64,000 bases of DNA. Origin: Octopus sinensis (Eukaryota). The notes below the pieces were generated by a model. It searched no databases. It was given only the letters and a program-made list of their open reading frames with translations, and was not told where the DNA came from. Each line of letters opens with the position of its first letter. The first letter of the stretch is position 1. Location: positions 45,446,001-45,510,000 of the forward strand of contig NC_043000.1 of NCBI RefSeq assembly GCF_006345805.1, given 5' to 3'. A program made the translations under genes and the position numbers. Of the stretch, positions 12,628 through 25,929 are shown in pieces.

Positions 12628-13449
12628 TGTTGTCTGATCAATAAGTATCAGCACTATTGTCATAGTAACAAAGCTAAAGCATGCAGAATAAAGCTGCTTG
12701 GCACAGATTAACCTTGAATGCTATCGTGCATTCGCACTAAGTTTTAATGTTCTAGCTCACTTCCGATGTTTACAACAGTACTTGGAAGGAAGGTGTATAG
12801 CATGTGATCACTGTATTGAGCATGACAGAAGAAGTTGAGCAGAGAATCTGCATCGAATTTTGCCAAAAGCTTGGTGCTGCCTACTTAGAGTCCTATGCAA
12901 AGTTTTCCAAAAATTTTCATCTTTCTCAACACAATCAAGGAGATCTTGAGCAACTCAAACCTGGGTCTTTCTTTGGTCAGCTGAAAGCAGTTTTGGCACA
13001 AACTTGGCAGACATGCATCTCATACCCAAATCTTCAGTGATAATGGTCTGAACTGAACCATAAGTAATCTGCACATCCTCTGATAACTCATGGATGGGGA
13101 TTCGACGATTTCCTCTCACAGTTGAATGCACATTTGCGATGCTTTTTTCAGTTCTGCTGGTTGCGAGTCTCCCAGAACATTTGTGAATATCATCACACGT
13201 CTCCATAATTTTCTGCAACTCTGAACAGGTATTGCCATGACAACTTTCTTTGTCATGATCAATGCAACAATCACACGCTACACACCTCCCTTCCAATCAT
13301 TGCTGCAAACAGCAGAAGTGAGCTAAAATGCTAACTCTTAGTGTGCATGCACAGCAGCGTTCAAGGTCAATTGTTGCCAAGTGGTTTTATTCTGTGTGCT
13401 TTAGCTTCGTTACTATAACCACGGCTGGATACCTATTGATCAGACCTCA
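12628..13449. mobile_element. Mariner derivative built from two inverted 5' ends, flanked by TA
   Basis: The left arm (+) has a TIR and MTEEVEQRICIEFCQKLG. The right arm (-) has the same TIR/5' UTR and SGRLATSRTE...EDLGMRCMSAKFVPKLL. Confidence 0.8.
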
Positions 13450-14800
13450 TATATTGGAAAATATCATCTCAAAGAGATCTGCAGACACTGAAATTAACAA
13501 CTCTTCATGTAAATGTTATTGTAAAAAAAAGAATTATAAATAAAATTGCTATAATTCTAACGTTATTAAATTTCTCAAATTTAAAGAGGTCAGAATCTTT
13601 AATAAGTTTGAATTAAAATGTTAGAATTGTCACTTCTGATGAGTCACTTTGATATCAAAGCCAAGAATTCCAATGTCTTAGATGTTTACCGCTTCTAAAA
13701 TATACAGTCATGGAAAATATCATTCCACATTGTGGTGTATTATTTGCATTGAATTTTCTGCAATTCCTGTCATTCAGATATCTTCAAAAGCATAAAAATT
13801 GGAAATACTGACATTTTAAAAAATTTAACTACTATTACTTAAATATATCTATATTGTTTTTATTATTGCAACTCAGTTGCATAACAGAAACCCAAGTTAC
13901 CAAGAAATGTACTCTTATGTTAGTTATATCACAAAGAGAATCCCGATTGTCACTTTTAACACTAGAATTGATATTTCATAAAACGTTGGTATAATTCAAA
14001 CTGAGGAATGTTAATATTAAAAAGAGCTGCAAATTTATCAACTTCTAAGGTTTTTTTTATAATTCTTTCTAATTTTCAGCACAAGGCCAACAATTTTGAG
14101 AAGAGGTAGATGTCAATGACATTAACACCAACATGTACTTGTTTTATCCACCATGAAAGGATGGAAAATGAAATCAATATTTTGTTTGATACAGCAATGA
14201 TTTTGCCAGCTCCCTGTCTTCACTCTGTCACATCATAATGATGTAAAACCATTAATGTATGATTATTGTCAATCAAAGTTTGCTATACAACCATGCATTT
14301 CTGTGTAGGCCAGAATGAGATTTTTGAGAAGAACTATCATGCAATATACCCTTTCTCATTGCCCATGAATGTATTTCTCTCCTCTCCTTGCTGCTAATGT
14401 TTATCCAAGAGAAAGTTCACCAACCTGGGCTGATACTGACCTGCTAAATGTTCTACTGACCCACTGCCCTAGCCAAGCATGTTTTTTTTAATCCCAAAAG
14501 GATGAATATCAAAGATAGTTTCAGTAAGATTTGAACTCTGACCACAAAAAAGTGGAACAAATACCATGAAACATTCTAGTCATCACTCTAGCAATGCTGC
14601 TAATTCAGCATCTTGAAGTTTACAATATCTTTATGCCCATCATATCTTTATGACATACTAATATAAAAGATATTTCTGTAACTTCTGACATCTTAAAGAC
14701 ATATAACAGTAGGAAAAAGATTCAAACACATCACATATGCCATAAAATATTGCTGTTATTTATTTATCCTCAGGTAAACCCTTCTCACTCTAGCTGTCAC

Positions 14801-14873
14801 CTTATCATTGTTCCACCAGCACAGTTTGGGATGGACTGAAGGTACTCATGTCTGATCATGACTACAAAGGTAC
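14801..14873 (-). CDS. Candidate 73-nt exon (TFVVMIRHEYLQSIPNCAGGTMI)
   Basis: Branch-like CTAAC plus ATTTATTGCTTTAG acceptor; donor AG|GTGACA is weak. Confidence 0.25.
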
Positions 14874-15339
14874 CTAAAGCAATAAATCAATTAGTGTTAG
14901 CATGGTACATGTTACTAGGTTATATTATACTTGCTTATAGGTGACAGCTGTCATTACTCAAGAGAATATTATACAATGTATCCACTTTTGTTTTAGATGG
15001 GGAATATGATTTTAAGGGTCATTTGGCTGCCTGGCTGTACTCAAATTTGGGACATTAGTATATGTGATACCCCTCCTAAAAAATTGTAGGTCAAAATTTG
15101 CAGCAAAAGAGCTTGAGTTTATGGATAAGAAGTTCAATTTGCAAACATGTCATTTCAAGTTCAGTTCCACTGGGCAGCATCTTAGGCAAACTTTTGTTAT
15201 TTCATTATATATTATTGTCCTATAACATCAATTTAACAAATGTCTTATGAGTGAATTTGGTTAAAAGTAACTGTGTAGAAGCAGCACATCACATGCACAC
15301 ATGCACATGCACACATGCACACACACACAAGTATAAATG

Positions 15340-15535
15340 GTCCTAGTGCCACATAAAAGGCACTGGTGATGATGCTATATAAAAAGTGGAGGGCATTAGA
15401 AAAGGCATCCAGCTGTGGAAAGCAAGCCAAAACAGACTTTGAAACTTGGTGTGGCCCCTGGCCTTACCATTTCCTGTCATGCCATCCAGTCTATGCCAGC
15501 TGAGAAAATGGACTTTAAATGATAATGATGTTGAT
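15340..15535 (+). mobile_element. RTE 3'-tail-derived fragment ending in (GAT)n
   Basis: Matches the 22200-22357 tail; similar pieces at 16515-16650(-) and 19130-19240(+). Confidence 0.7.
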
Positions 15536-16477
15536 GATGATGATGGTGGTGGTGATGATATATACTACATATGTGTGCATATGTGTGTTAACCTTCTGTC
15601 ACCACTTGACAACCAGTGTTGCTTTCTTAACATCCCTGTAACTTAGCAGTTCAGCTAAACCTACAAAGTGGTGCTCCAGTATTGCTACAGTGCAATGACT
15701 GAGACAAGTAAAGGAATAAAAGAGTATGACAGGAAGTGATACAGGAAATTGGTCTGAATATTTGCAACAGGAGGAACTCCACTAAATACATCTAAGGACC
15801 AGAGGATAGTGTTATACCAGACAATATGCTAACGCAGGAATATAGATAATAAAATAGAAAATAACGAGAATGATGTTATATTAAGTTATGTTAATTATGC
15901 TGCAAACAAAAACATTGCGAACTATGTACACGACTTTAATCAGCAATTTGGAATACTTTCAGTATTTGGTTTCTAACAAATATTTTCGCATTTTCTTTCC
16001 ATCTATTTTTTTTATCGTTACCAAATATGAATGCATTTGAATAATGTAACCCATATATCTAATGATAATGGTTAGTTGGTAATCTTTCATGTTTCATGAT
16101 AAAATAACCGACTTAGTGCTGTCATGTCTAAATCTAGTAAAATAATTTCGTACAAAGTGTGCATTCTTGTATGAGTTGTATGATCATTATAACTGATATC
16201 CTGGTATTTATCAACATTTCTGTTTTTGCTATAAATCCTATGCTATCACTTCAATATTTCTATTATCATAAAAGTTGGTGGGTGGCAGAATCAGACAAAA
16301 TGCATTGTAGTATTTATCATGTTTCGCTTTTTTCACTCTGAGGTTGATTTTGCTTTCCATTCTACTAAGATATCAATAAAATAAATACCTGTCAATTACT
16401 GAGATCAATGTAATTGACTATATTCTCTCCAAATATTTGTGAACTAAAGCTTATTGAAGAAATTGAAATTATCATTA

Positions 16478-16515
<38 letters not shown>

Positions 16516-16677
16516 TCATCATCATCATCATCATTTAGCGTCTGTTTTCCATGCTAGCATGGGTTGGACGGTTCAACTGGGGTCTGTGAAGCTGGAAGGC
16601 TTCATCAGGCCCAGTCAGATCTGGCAGTGTTTCTACGGCTGGATGCCCTTCATATAAATATATATATATATATAAAC

Positions 16678-16719
<42 letters not shown>

Positions 16720-17958
16720 ATATATAAACATATATAGTATATATATAAACATATATATATACATACATATATATATATATATATATAAATAATATATATG
16801 TGTGTGTGTCTGCACACTCTGTAATCATCATTTAAGCATTTACTTTTTCATGCTTGCATGGGTCAAAGGAGAATGTTAGGGCAGATTTTCTACAGCTTGG
16901 TGCCCTTCATGTTGTCAATCCCCACCTGTTTTCATGTGTTGCCATAATCTTCCAGACTAGTGAAGAACAAACAGCCCAGACACGTTCATTGTTAGTAAAG
17001 CCAAGTTTACAAACCAAATGAACACATGTAGCACTATCTGGAGTTGCAGAGTAGAAGATCTAGAGATAATGAGGGAGCCTCACCAGAACTCTTACAAATG
17101 GCAGCTAAATTCCTCCAAACTGTACATACTTAAAAAATTAAGACATGTTAGATAATGTAGTCCCTGATATACAAAAGATGAAATGGCTATGGCTCGAATG
17201 CCTTTTATCATGAGTTGGCTCAATCAGGGTTGAGTAGCAACTGTAAAGCAAAAATTATATAGGAACAAGATTAATAGGATGAATAAAAAAAAAAACTACT
17301 TTACAGCATTGTGTACTTAATACTATTTCAGTGACATTTTGTCTTATTAAGGCTCAGCTTTGAATATTTTCAGCAACGATACTGATTTTAGTTTTTCTAT
17401 TTTATTCTCAATAAGCAGTATTTTTGCATTATTGGAGTAGACTGATTTCAAATTATGTTACAGTTTTTAGCTACTGACAGAATTGAAGCTTTACATCTGC
17501 TGAAATAAATGGCATATGTTTTGCCCTTAGCTACCACTCATACATGATAGGGTTTGATTCTGTTTTTATTGTATGTGTAACAACCTTGTGCTTCTTTACA
17601 GTGTAGGAAAAGAAAAAAATATTGATCGACCAATATAATGATGATAACAGAAAAAATGATGTTGCGGCACACAAAAAAGCCCCACTTACATGCACAATAA
17701 TGCCCACTACCACAACCAAAATAAAATGGCAGCATCAATAAAAACCATTAAGAAACAAAATAAGCTTGACAAAAGATGGTTTTACTGTATTTATTAATCT
17801 ATTTCCCCTGGTCTAAAGGAAATACTATCATATTCAGACAAACAAGTTTAGTTTGAAAGTTGCTATGGTTTTCTTTTCACTCCTATTTTAGTCTGAAAAT
17901 CTGAGAATTTCCATAAAATTGTTGAAGCAGGTGGTTTTATGGTAAGATGCTTTCTGCA

Positions 17959-18773
17959 GCCATTAATTGAAACTGGCAACTTTGGTGTAGGTATTGAAAT
18001 AGGGTGTAATAAAGTTTATACATTTGAATGGTCTATGGATTACCTGATGCAGTTTCTATGCAATTGCATGATCAATTAGGACAGACAGAAACTAAATCCT
18101 TTTCAAATCATATCCTATCTAAATAAAGGACACATGGGATAATACAGCTCTAGATATACAATGTTCGGATAAAAAGGCAGGACCCTCATGACTGGGATTC
18201 CTTTGATTATGTGTCTCTTCATCTCCATGTTTAAAACTGATTTGAGACAAAAAGTACACGTTCACTCAACCTGCTAGAGAGAGTAGCTAACTCTCTTTCA
18301 AAATCATAGACCTACCTTTTACGAACAAAAATAAAAAGAGAACAAGGTCATTGCAGGAAGGCCTTTGATCACAGCTTTTCACTATCATAGCTTCATTGGG
18401 TTAAACAACAACATCAATAACTCAAGCTTATACAATTTTCTCTTTTAAATTATTGCATAGATATCATTTGTCTCAAGAGGACAGTGAAAACTTTCACTTC
18501 ATAGAGTCCATCAAGAGAAGGGAAGTTAGATAGTGATGCAATTTTGCAAGAATTTTATAAAACATTTAGCAATTTAAAGTATTCTCACCATTCCTTTCAT
18601 TGTGTTTCCTAGTAATAGTTAAGTACACTGTTCATGCAGCCATAATGCCTGTCACTGAATTTGAGTCACTGACTATTTCAGCTTACAGCTTGTCAATTTC
18701 ATAGACCATTCAAATGTATAAACTTTATTACACCCTTTTTTAATTCCTACTCAGCCAGTTTCAGTTTACTGGC
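17959..18773. repeat. Inverted repeat pair (17959-18037 / 18700-18773) with a perfect 36-bp core
   Basis: 18002-18037 is the exact reverse complement of 18700-18735. Confidence 0.9.
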
Positions 18774-18794
18774 ACTGTTATTATTACTATTAGT

Positions 18795-18990
18795 AAGTCT
18801 GCAAACTGGCAGAATCATTAGGATGCTGGGTAAAATACTTAATGGCATTTTGTCTGTTTTTTCATTCTGGATTCAAATTCTGCCAGGGTCAATTTTATCT
18901 TTCATCCTTTGAGGGTTGATAAATTAAGTACCAATTGAATACTGGAATTGATATAACTGACTTAACCACCACATTCCAGGCCTTGTGCAT
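18795..18990 (+). mobile_element. SINE with Deu/Nin-like core domain, diverged
   Basis: TTTCATCCTTTGAGGGTTGATAAATTAAGTACCA core; related to 36020-36232 and 52110-52320. Confidence 0.65.
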
Positions 18991-19387
18991 ATAATAGAAA
19001 AGATTATTCTTATTGCATTTTGTTGTAATCATTGGACTGTACTCATACTGGTAAACTACATTCCTGTTTTTCAACATCAGTATATCGTGTGGTATGTTTA
19101 TGTTATGAAGGGTATACAACTGTAGAAATCATGTCAAATCAGCCTGGGGCCTGGTGCAGCTCCCCAGCTTGCCAGCTCTGGTCAAACCATCCAACCCATG
19201 CCAACATGGACAATGGACATTAAATGATGATGATGATGATGAACTACAGAAGGACGAAAAAATAAAGGCTACCCAAGCAATGCTAAAAATAGTCAATTAC
19301 TACAAGATATATGTCCACTGTTTATGTACTGAGAATGTACAATAGATAATAAAAAAAATGTAGATATGTATCCAGTAGAGATAGTAA

Positions 19388-19775
19388 GGAGGTGCAATGG
19401 CCCAGTGGTTAGGGCAGCGGACTCGCGGTCATAGGATTGCGGTTTCGATTCCCAGACCGGGCGTTGTGAGTGTTTATTGAGCGAAAACACCTAAAAAGCT
19501 CCACGAGGCTCCGGCAGGGGATGGTGGTGATCCCTGCTGTACTCTTTCACCACAACTTTCTCTCACTCTTACTTCCTGTTTCTGTTGTACCTGTATTTCA
19601 AGGGGCCGGCCTTGTCACTCTCTGTGTCACGCTGAATATCCCCGAGAACTACGTTAAGGGTGCACGTGTCTGTGGAGTGCTCAGTCACTTACATGTTAAT
19701 TTCACGAGCAGGCTGTTCCGTTGATTCGGATCAACCAGAACCCTCATCGTCGTAACTGACGGAGTGCTTCCATCC
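19388..19775 (+). mobile_element. Full-length tRNA-derived SINE with 11-bp TSD
   Basis: A box TGGCCCAGTGG, B box GGTTTCGATTCC; AGAGATAGTAA at 19377-19387 and 19776-19786. Confidence 0.92.
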
Positions 19776-19796
19776 AGAGATAGTAAATATGCATAC

Positions 19797-19836
19797 CTGA
19801 ATATTTTCTCTGTTTCCAGTGAGAAAGAATCAGGAA
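19797..19836 (-). CDS. Candidate 40-nt exon
   Basis: Acceptor ATTAATTTTATAG, donor AG|GTATGC; two open frames (VPDSFSLETEKIFR or FLILSHWKQRKYS). Confidence 0.25.
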
Positions 19837-20317
19837 CTATAAAATTAATATGAAGATAAAATATTGTTGGCACCATTGATATATGGTATTGTCAAGTTGT
19901 TAAATGTCTTCATGGTATGCTTCAAATCCAGTTGATTTGAATCTACAATGCATTGACGTTTATTTTACACAATGCTATAATTTGATATTAGACACTGAAA
20001 GAGAAAAACAGCTACATGCCCAAACTTACCCATTGCTTGGCCTTGTGGCTTTTAATGTCTAATAACATTATATTATTGTTCGACTTGTTTCTGTATGTCT
20101 GACTGTTTTGTCTGTTACAATTACACCAAACTTGAATGGAGAAAGATATATGAAGTGAGAGAGAAATCTGTCGATTCAGACTTGGGTGGATCCATGTAGG
20201 AAACATGAAATGTTTTTTTCATTCTAAAACTCAAATGGAACTTACTGTCATTGCTGCTGACGTTGAGCCTCACCAATCTCCTCAGATTTTTGATGTTATC
20301 ATTTTTAATAATATTGT

Positions 20318-20480
20318 ACAGGCATGGCGGCATGGTTAGAAACTTGCTTCTCAACCACACGGTTCTGGGTTCAGTCCCACTGCATGGCATCTTGAGCAGG
20401 TGTAGTCTTCTATAGCCTCAGGTCAACCAAAGCCTTGTGAGTCGATTTCATAGATGGAAACTGAAAGAAGCCTGCTGATG
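20318..20480 (+). mobile_element. Major SINE family, 5' part
   Basis: Matches the 63633-63790 head. Confidence 0.85.
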
Positions 20481-20571
20481 ATATATGTATATATATATAT
20501 ATGTATATAAATAAATTAAAGAATGGAGTCGAACGAAGATGTTAACAAAATTCCTTTACTCTCGACACATG

Positions 20572-20604
<33 letters not shown>

Positions 20605-20621
20605 TTATGAAAGTCATAATA

Positions 20622-22357
20622 AAGGCCATAGCTCAATTAATTAGAGAGTGAATTAGTATAGATAAGATTCTGTTTGGATTTGTGCCAGGCCAGAGCATGA
20701 TTGGTGCTATATTCTTGGTTAGGCAACTGCAGGAGAAATATCTAGCCAAAAGTAAACCCCTATAACTTAGCTTTTGTTGACATAGAGAAAGCCTTTGACA
20801 GAGTCCCTGACTCTGGTGATCAAGGCAGAAGCTAAGGACAGATGAGTGACTGGTGAGAACTATACAAGTCATGTACTGGGATGCTGTGAGTAAGGTGAAG
20901 ATTAGCAATGAATATAGTGATGAATTCATGGTACAGGTAGGAGTTCACCAAGGTTCAGTCCTCAAACCCCTCTTACTCATCATAGTCCTCCAGGCAATAA
21001 CAGAGGAATTGAAGACGGGCTGTCCTTGGGAGCTCCTCTATGCTGATGACCTTGTTCTCATAGCCAAGTCACTACCAAAACAAGAGAAGAAATTTTGGGT
21101 GTCGAAGGAAGGACTAGAATCAAAGGACCTTAGAGTTAACCTGGCAAAACCCAAAGCCTTAGTAAGTAGGAAAGCAGACAAATCGGAAAGCCTTGCTTGA
21201 TCTGTAGAAAAGGTGTAGGTAAAAACTCCATAAGATGTACCTGCTGTAAGCTATGGACACATTAGAGGTGCATTAATATCAGAGGAAGGTTAATAGGGAA
21301 ACAAATTTTTGTGTGTGGAAGGTGCACAGGTACAATTAACACTAAAAACGTACAGAAAATAAATTCCTTCAAATGCCAGTGGGGAAAGCAAGAAGTATTT
21401 GTAGCTTCCATTATCTATGTGACCAGGTCAGTAGTGGAGGAGGATGTTCTGAGAGTGTAGCTGCTAGAATAAGAATAGGCTGGGCAAAGTTCAGAGAGCT
21501 TCTACTTCTGTTGGTAACAAAGGGTCTCTCCCTCAGAGTGAAAGACATTGTATGATGCCTGTGTGTGAACAGCCATGTTACATGGCAGTGAAATATGGGC
21601 AGTAACTACTGAGGAAATGTGAAGGCTTGAAAGAAATGAAGATAGTATGCCTTGCTGGGTGTACAATGTCAGTGTGCATGTGTGACAGAGTGTGAGCATC
21701 TTGAGAAAAAAGCTGAGCATAACAAATGTGGTGTGCAAGAGAGATGGCTGCATTGGTATGGTCATATGATGCATATGGATATGGATGCCAGGGTAAATAA
21801 ATGCCAATTTCTTACAGTGGAGGAAGCTATGGAAGAAGGAAACCCAGGAAGTCGTGGGATGTGGTGGTGAAACATGAACTTTAAATGCTGGGCCTCATCA
21901 ATGCAATGACTAGTGATCGAGACCTTTGACAATATGCTGTGCTTGAGAAGACCCATCAGTGAAACCATAGTTGTGGTCGTTGTCAGTGTCCTGTGGCTGG
22001 CCCTCATGCTGCTGGCATTTAAAAAAATACCTTTCAAGCATTGGGCCTCATGGAGGCAATGATAAATGACTGAGACTTTGGGCAATATGCTGTGCTTGAG
22101 AAGAAGACCCATGAAGCCTAGTGAAACTGTAGTCATAGCAGATACTGGTGGTACACAACTGGCACTCATGCCAAGGGCATGCAAAACCACCCAGTACACT
22201 CTCGGAGTGATTGGTATTAGGAAGAGCATCCAGACTTAAAATCCATGCCAAATCAGACCAGAATCCATTGCAGCCCCTCAGCTCACTAGACCTGGTCAAA
22301 CCATCAAACCCATAAGTGCATAGACAAAGGGCATTAAATGATGATAATGATGATGAT
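20622..22357 (+). mobile_element. 5'-truncated RTE-clade LINE: RT, Cys-rich insert, duplicated 3' UTR module and (GAT)n tail
   Basis: FGFVPG, VGVHQGSVLKPLL, LLYADDL (YADD 21039-21050); multiple stops. Confidence 0.92.
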
Positions 22358-22374
22358 ATTTATGTGTGTGAGGC

Positions 22375-22585
22375 TTTGTGCCTGAGTTTTTCTCCTACCA
22401 TCGTTTGACAACTGATGTTGGTGTGTTTATGTCCAAGTAACTTAGCAGTTTCATGAACGAGACCAATAGAAGTACTAGGCTTTAAAAAAATAAGTTCTGG
22501 GATTGATTTGTTCAACTAAAATCTTTCAGAGTGGTGCTCCAGCATGGTCATGTTCAAATGACTGAAACAAATAAAAGAATAAAGT
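22375..22585 (+). mobile_element. Major SINE family, 3' part
   Basis: Matches 63830-64000. Confidence 0.85.
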
Positions 22586-23659
22586 AATACTATACAATAG
22601 AATATACTTAGAAACTATTAGCCAGCATTGTGTGCACATACGCAATTGTAAACAACTTTTTTGTTCTGCCCAACATCTTCATGTGGACAGAAAACAAGAA
22701 ACTGCTGAGCGAAAGTCAATTCTTGAATTGAACTTCTAGCAATGAAAATGGGCCATTTATAACTGTCTACAATCGCAGTTTTTATATACATCCTAAGGGT
22801 TTAAGTGAACTGGATATGACTATTTCACAGCTAATTTGGTTCATAAATTGGTGTACTAAGTGTGTTTTGTTTTAGTACTACACTGTGTTATAGAGTCTAT
22901 CTACAGATTTTTGGCAGTGCAGTGTGCATAGACACATGTATATATTTCATCTCTATATCGAACTTCATATTGGATAGAAAACATGGAACAGCAAGTATGG
23001 TTTAATCCTTGAACTGAGATTCCATCTGTTAATGCATATGTTAGTTAACTGCCCACAAACATTCTGTTTGGGTTTAAGTAAATTCGATAGAATAATTTGC
23101 ACACACCCACATGCATACACATATATACATACACACACGTGCACATGCACATGTACACACACACACATATACATTGTACGATACAAACAAGAAGTTGATA
23201 TTTTTTTGAATGCAGTATTGCTATTAGAATAGCAGAAATAATGGGCAAATACCCAAACAAACAGTCATGGCTGTTTGTTGACAACTTTTTCCACCTTGTA
23301 GGGGCATTTGCTCATTATTTCTGCAGTTATAATGGCAATACTGTATTTTGAAAAATATCACCTTCTTTGTCATATGGAAAGATGGCTCATCTGGTAAAGC
23401 AGCTTAGACCCCGCTACATGTCTGAATTCAAGAACTGAACTTTTTGGATCATGTCCACATATAGCTATATATTTGTTACGTTTTTGGTATGCCAAGATCA
23501 CAGATAGAACCTGCTTTTTATGTGTCCAAGTACAAGCATTTTTTTCTCTCTATTTTTTCTCCCTATTTTTTACATATGTTTTACATATTTATATATTTTT
23601 TAAATATTTTTATTGCTTTATATAATTTTTACATGCTTTTCCTGTATTTTACCTTTCAC

Positions 23660-24110
23660 CCTGCATTTTTCTTGTGCATGTGCATATATAGATGTGTATA
23701 TGAACATTTTTGTGCACGTATGGGTATATATACGTATGTGCATGCATGCAGGTATGTATATATGTACATGTACATGGATATGTACATGTGTATAGTTGCA
23801 TATATATGTGGTTGTACATGCATGTGTTTCACATGAGCGTGAGCATATGCATATATAGCATGTGTGTATTTTAGATGTGTATTTGAATATAATTGCGCAC
23901 GTATGGGTATGTGCACGTGTGTGTGTGTGCACGTGTGTGTGGATATGTATATGTGTACATGTATGGTTGCATATATAGGCGTATGTGTGGGTGTGCCTGT
24001 ATGTGTTTCACATGAGTGTGAGTGAGCATATGCATATAGGCACATGTACGTGGGTGTGAGTATGTGGGTGAGTGTGCACGCAAGTGTATGTATGTACATT
24101 CACGCATACG
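23660..24110. repeat. Alternating purine-pyrimidine tract with a ~180-bp internal duplication
   Basis: GCACGTATGGGTAT, GTTGCATATATA and ATGTGTTTCACATGAG each recur at ~170-185 bp spacing. Confidence 0.75.
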
Positions 24111-24477
24111 CGATTTCTATGAGTATTTTTACTTTCTTACTTATTTACTTTTTCCCCTTCAGTTTTCCCCTTATTTAATTGATTGATTGATTGATTCTAG
24201 TTTCAGCTTATGAGCTGTGGTCAAAATCAGTTAAAGGTGTTCATCATTTTTCCCCAATGCATGGAGAGATATTTAAATTTGATTTAATAATAGAACAAAT
24301 AGACTTTATAAAATTAGTCTTCAAATGTTTAGCGAAAGGAAATATAATCCAAATTATGTTATTACTGTGTTTCCTATTGGTATGGTGGTTTTTATTAGAT
24401 GGGTCACCCATTTGAATGAAAGGTATAGGTTTCTTTTTACTTCTCGTATTAACACCATCACTAACATTGCTATTCTT

Positions 24478-24529
24478 ATAATTATTATTGTTGTTGTTGT
24501 TGTTGTTATTATCATTATTATTATTATCA

Positions 24530-24589
<60 letters not shown>

Positions 24590-24590
24590 G
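24478..24590. repeat. (ATT)n/(GTT)n microsatellite
   Basis: Directly visible. Confidence 0.95.
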
Positions 24591-24808
24591 GAATATACTG
24601 GACATCAGTAAAGTTGGTTATGTAGTTGTGTGGGGAATAAAGAGTATGTGAAGAAGTAAAAGTTGTTTTGTGAAATAAAAGATTTTGTTGCTTGTAAATA
24701 TCTGATTTTTCCCTACCTATTACTCCTTTTCTATTCTCCCTTATTGTATTTTATTTTGATTTACTTTATTTTATTAAACCTTTTTTGATGTCCTTCAAAA
24801 AATTCTTC

Positions 24809-24905
24809 ACACTGATGAGAATGACAATGCATAAATTTAATTATAATTACTATGATTATAATTTTTTCTTACATATTTGTATTGTCCTTTGAAACGCACG
24901 TATGT
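24809..24905 (+). ncRNA. Candidate minimal type I hammerhead ribozyme with intact core
   Basis: Stem I ACA/TGT, CTGATGA 24812-24818, stem II GAATGACAAT/ATTGTCCTTT, GAAA 24891-24894, stem III ACG-CA-CGT, predicted cleavage after GTA (24902). Confidence 0.55.
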
Positions 24906-25204
24906 AATGAATCCTATTTTGTATTAAATCCAATTCTGATTCAACATCTTTTTCTCCTCCATTTTTATATAATTGTTTATGGTATATTTATACCTATAAC
25001 AATATTTTCCAACAACTATTTTCATATTCTCATTACTTGCTCTGGCTGTTTTTTTTATGAATATGATGAATCTTTATTAGAAATCATTCTTTCTCTCTTT
25101 TTAGACCTCTCGAAAAGTTTGAATTGTCCTTTTTTTAACTTATTTTTTTCACACACACTCATATATGCATATAATTACATATATATATATATATGTATAC
25201 ATAC

Positions 25205-25264
<60 letters not shown>

Positions 25265-25270
25265 ATATAT

Positions 25271-25335
<65 letters not shown>

Positions 25336-25929
25336 CAGCAGAAAAAATATTTATAATTGAATATTTATATAGATATTAATATTGTTATTATTATCGGAGA
25401 CAATACAAATAGTCCATAATAACAACTATATTAATATAGGTGGCTGCAGGCCTAAATCAACATAATATCACTATAGAATTAAAATTATATTAATCAGAGG
25501 ACACATTGAAGTGTCTATCCGCTGGAAATAAGAATTAAAACCCTCATTTGGACCACCAAAGATTACACTGAAAATAACAGATACAACAGTATACAGGCAA
25601 ACGAACCAAAAAAAGATCTCTCACATACCGTTATAGTGCAAAGCTATATATTTAAAGGAACAGATATATATGTGGACCAATTTCTGGTTGTTATTCTCAA
25701 TGTAATCTTTAGTGGTCCAAATGAGGGATTTAACCCTTATTTCTAGCGGGTAGATACTTCAATGTGTCCTCTGATCAATATAATTTTAATTCTATAGTTA
25801 TATAATGATGATTTAGGCCTGCAACTGCCTATATTAATATTGTTGTTATTATGGAGTATTTGTATTGACTTCGATAATAATAACAATATTAATATCTAAA
25901 TAAATATTCAATTTTGAATATTTTTACTG
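25336..25929. mobile_element. Foldback element with ~245-bp imperfect arms and a ~107-bp spacer
   Basis: 25336-25580 is complementary to 25688-25929. Confidence 0.85.

Noticed and set aside
13636-13660. CTGATGA-GTCAC-TTTGATATCAAAG as a hammerhead
   Set aside because: The stem II hairpin is present but there is no GAAA, stem III or stem I; at best a dead remnant.
19388-19460. tRNA gene
   Set aside because: SINE head continuous with a SINE body and TSDs; no acceptor stem.
22680-23440. Possible PLE C-terminal remnants (HPKGLSELD-like)
   Set aside because: Similarity is too short and frameshifted to support by eye.
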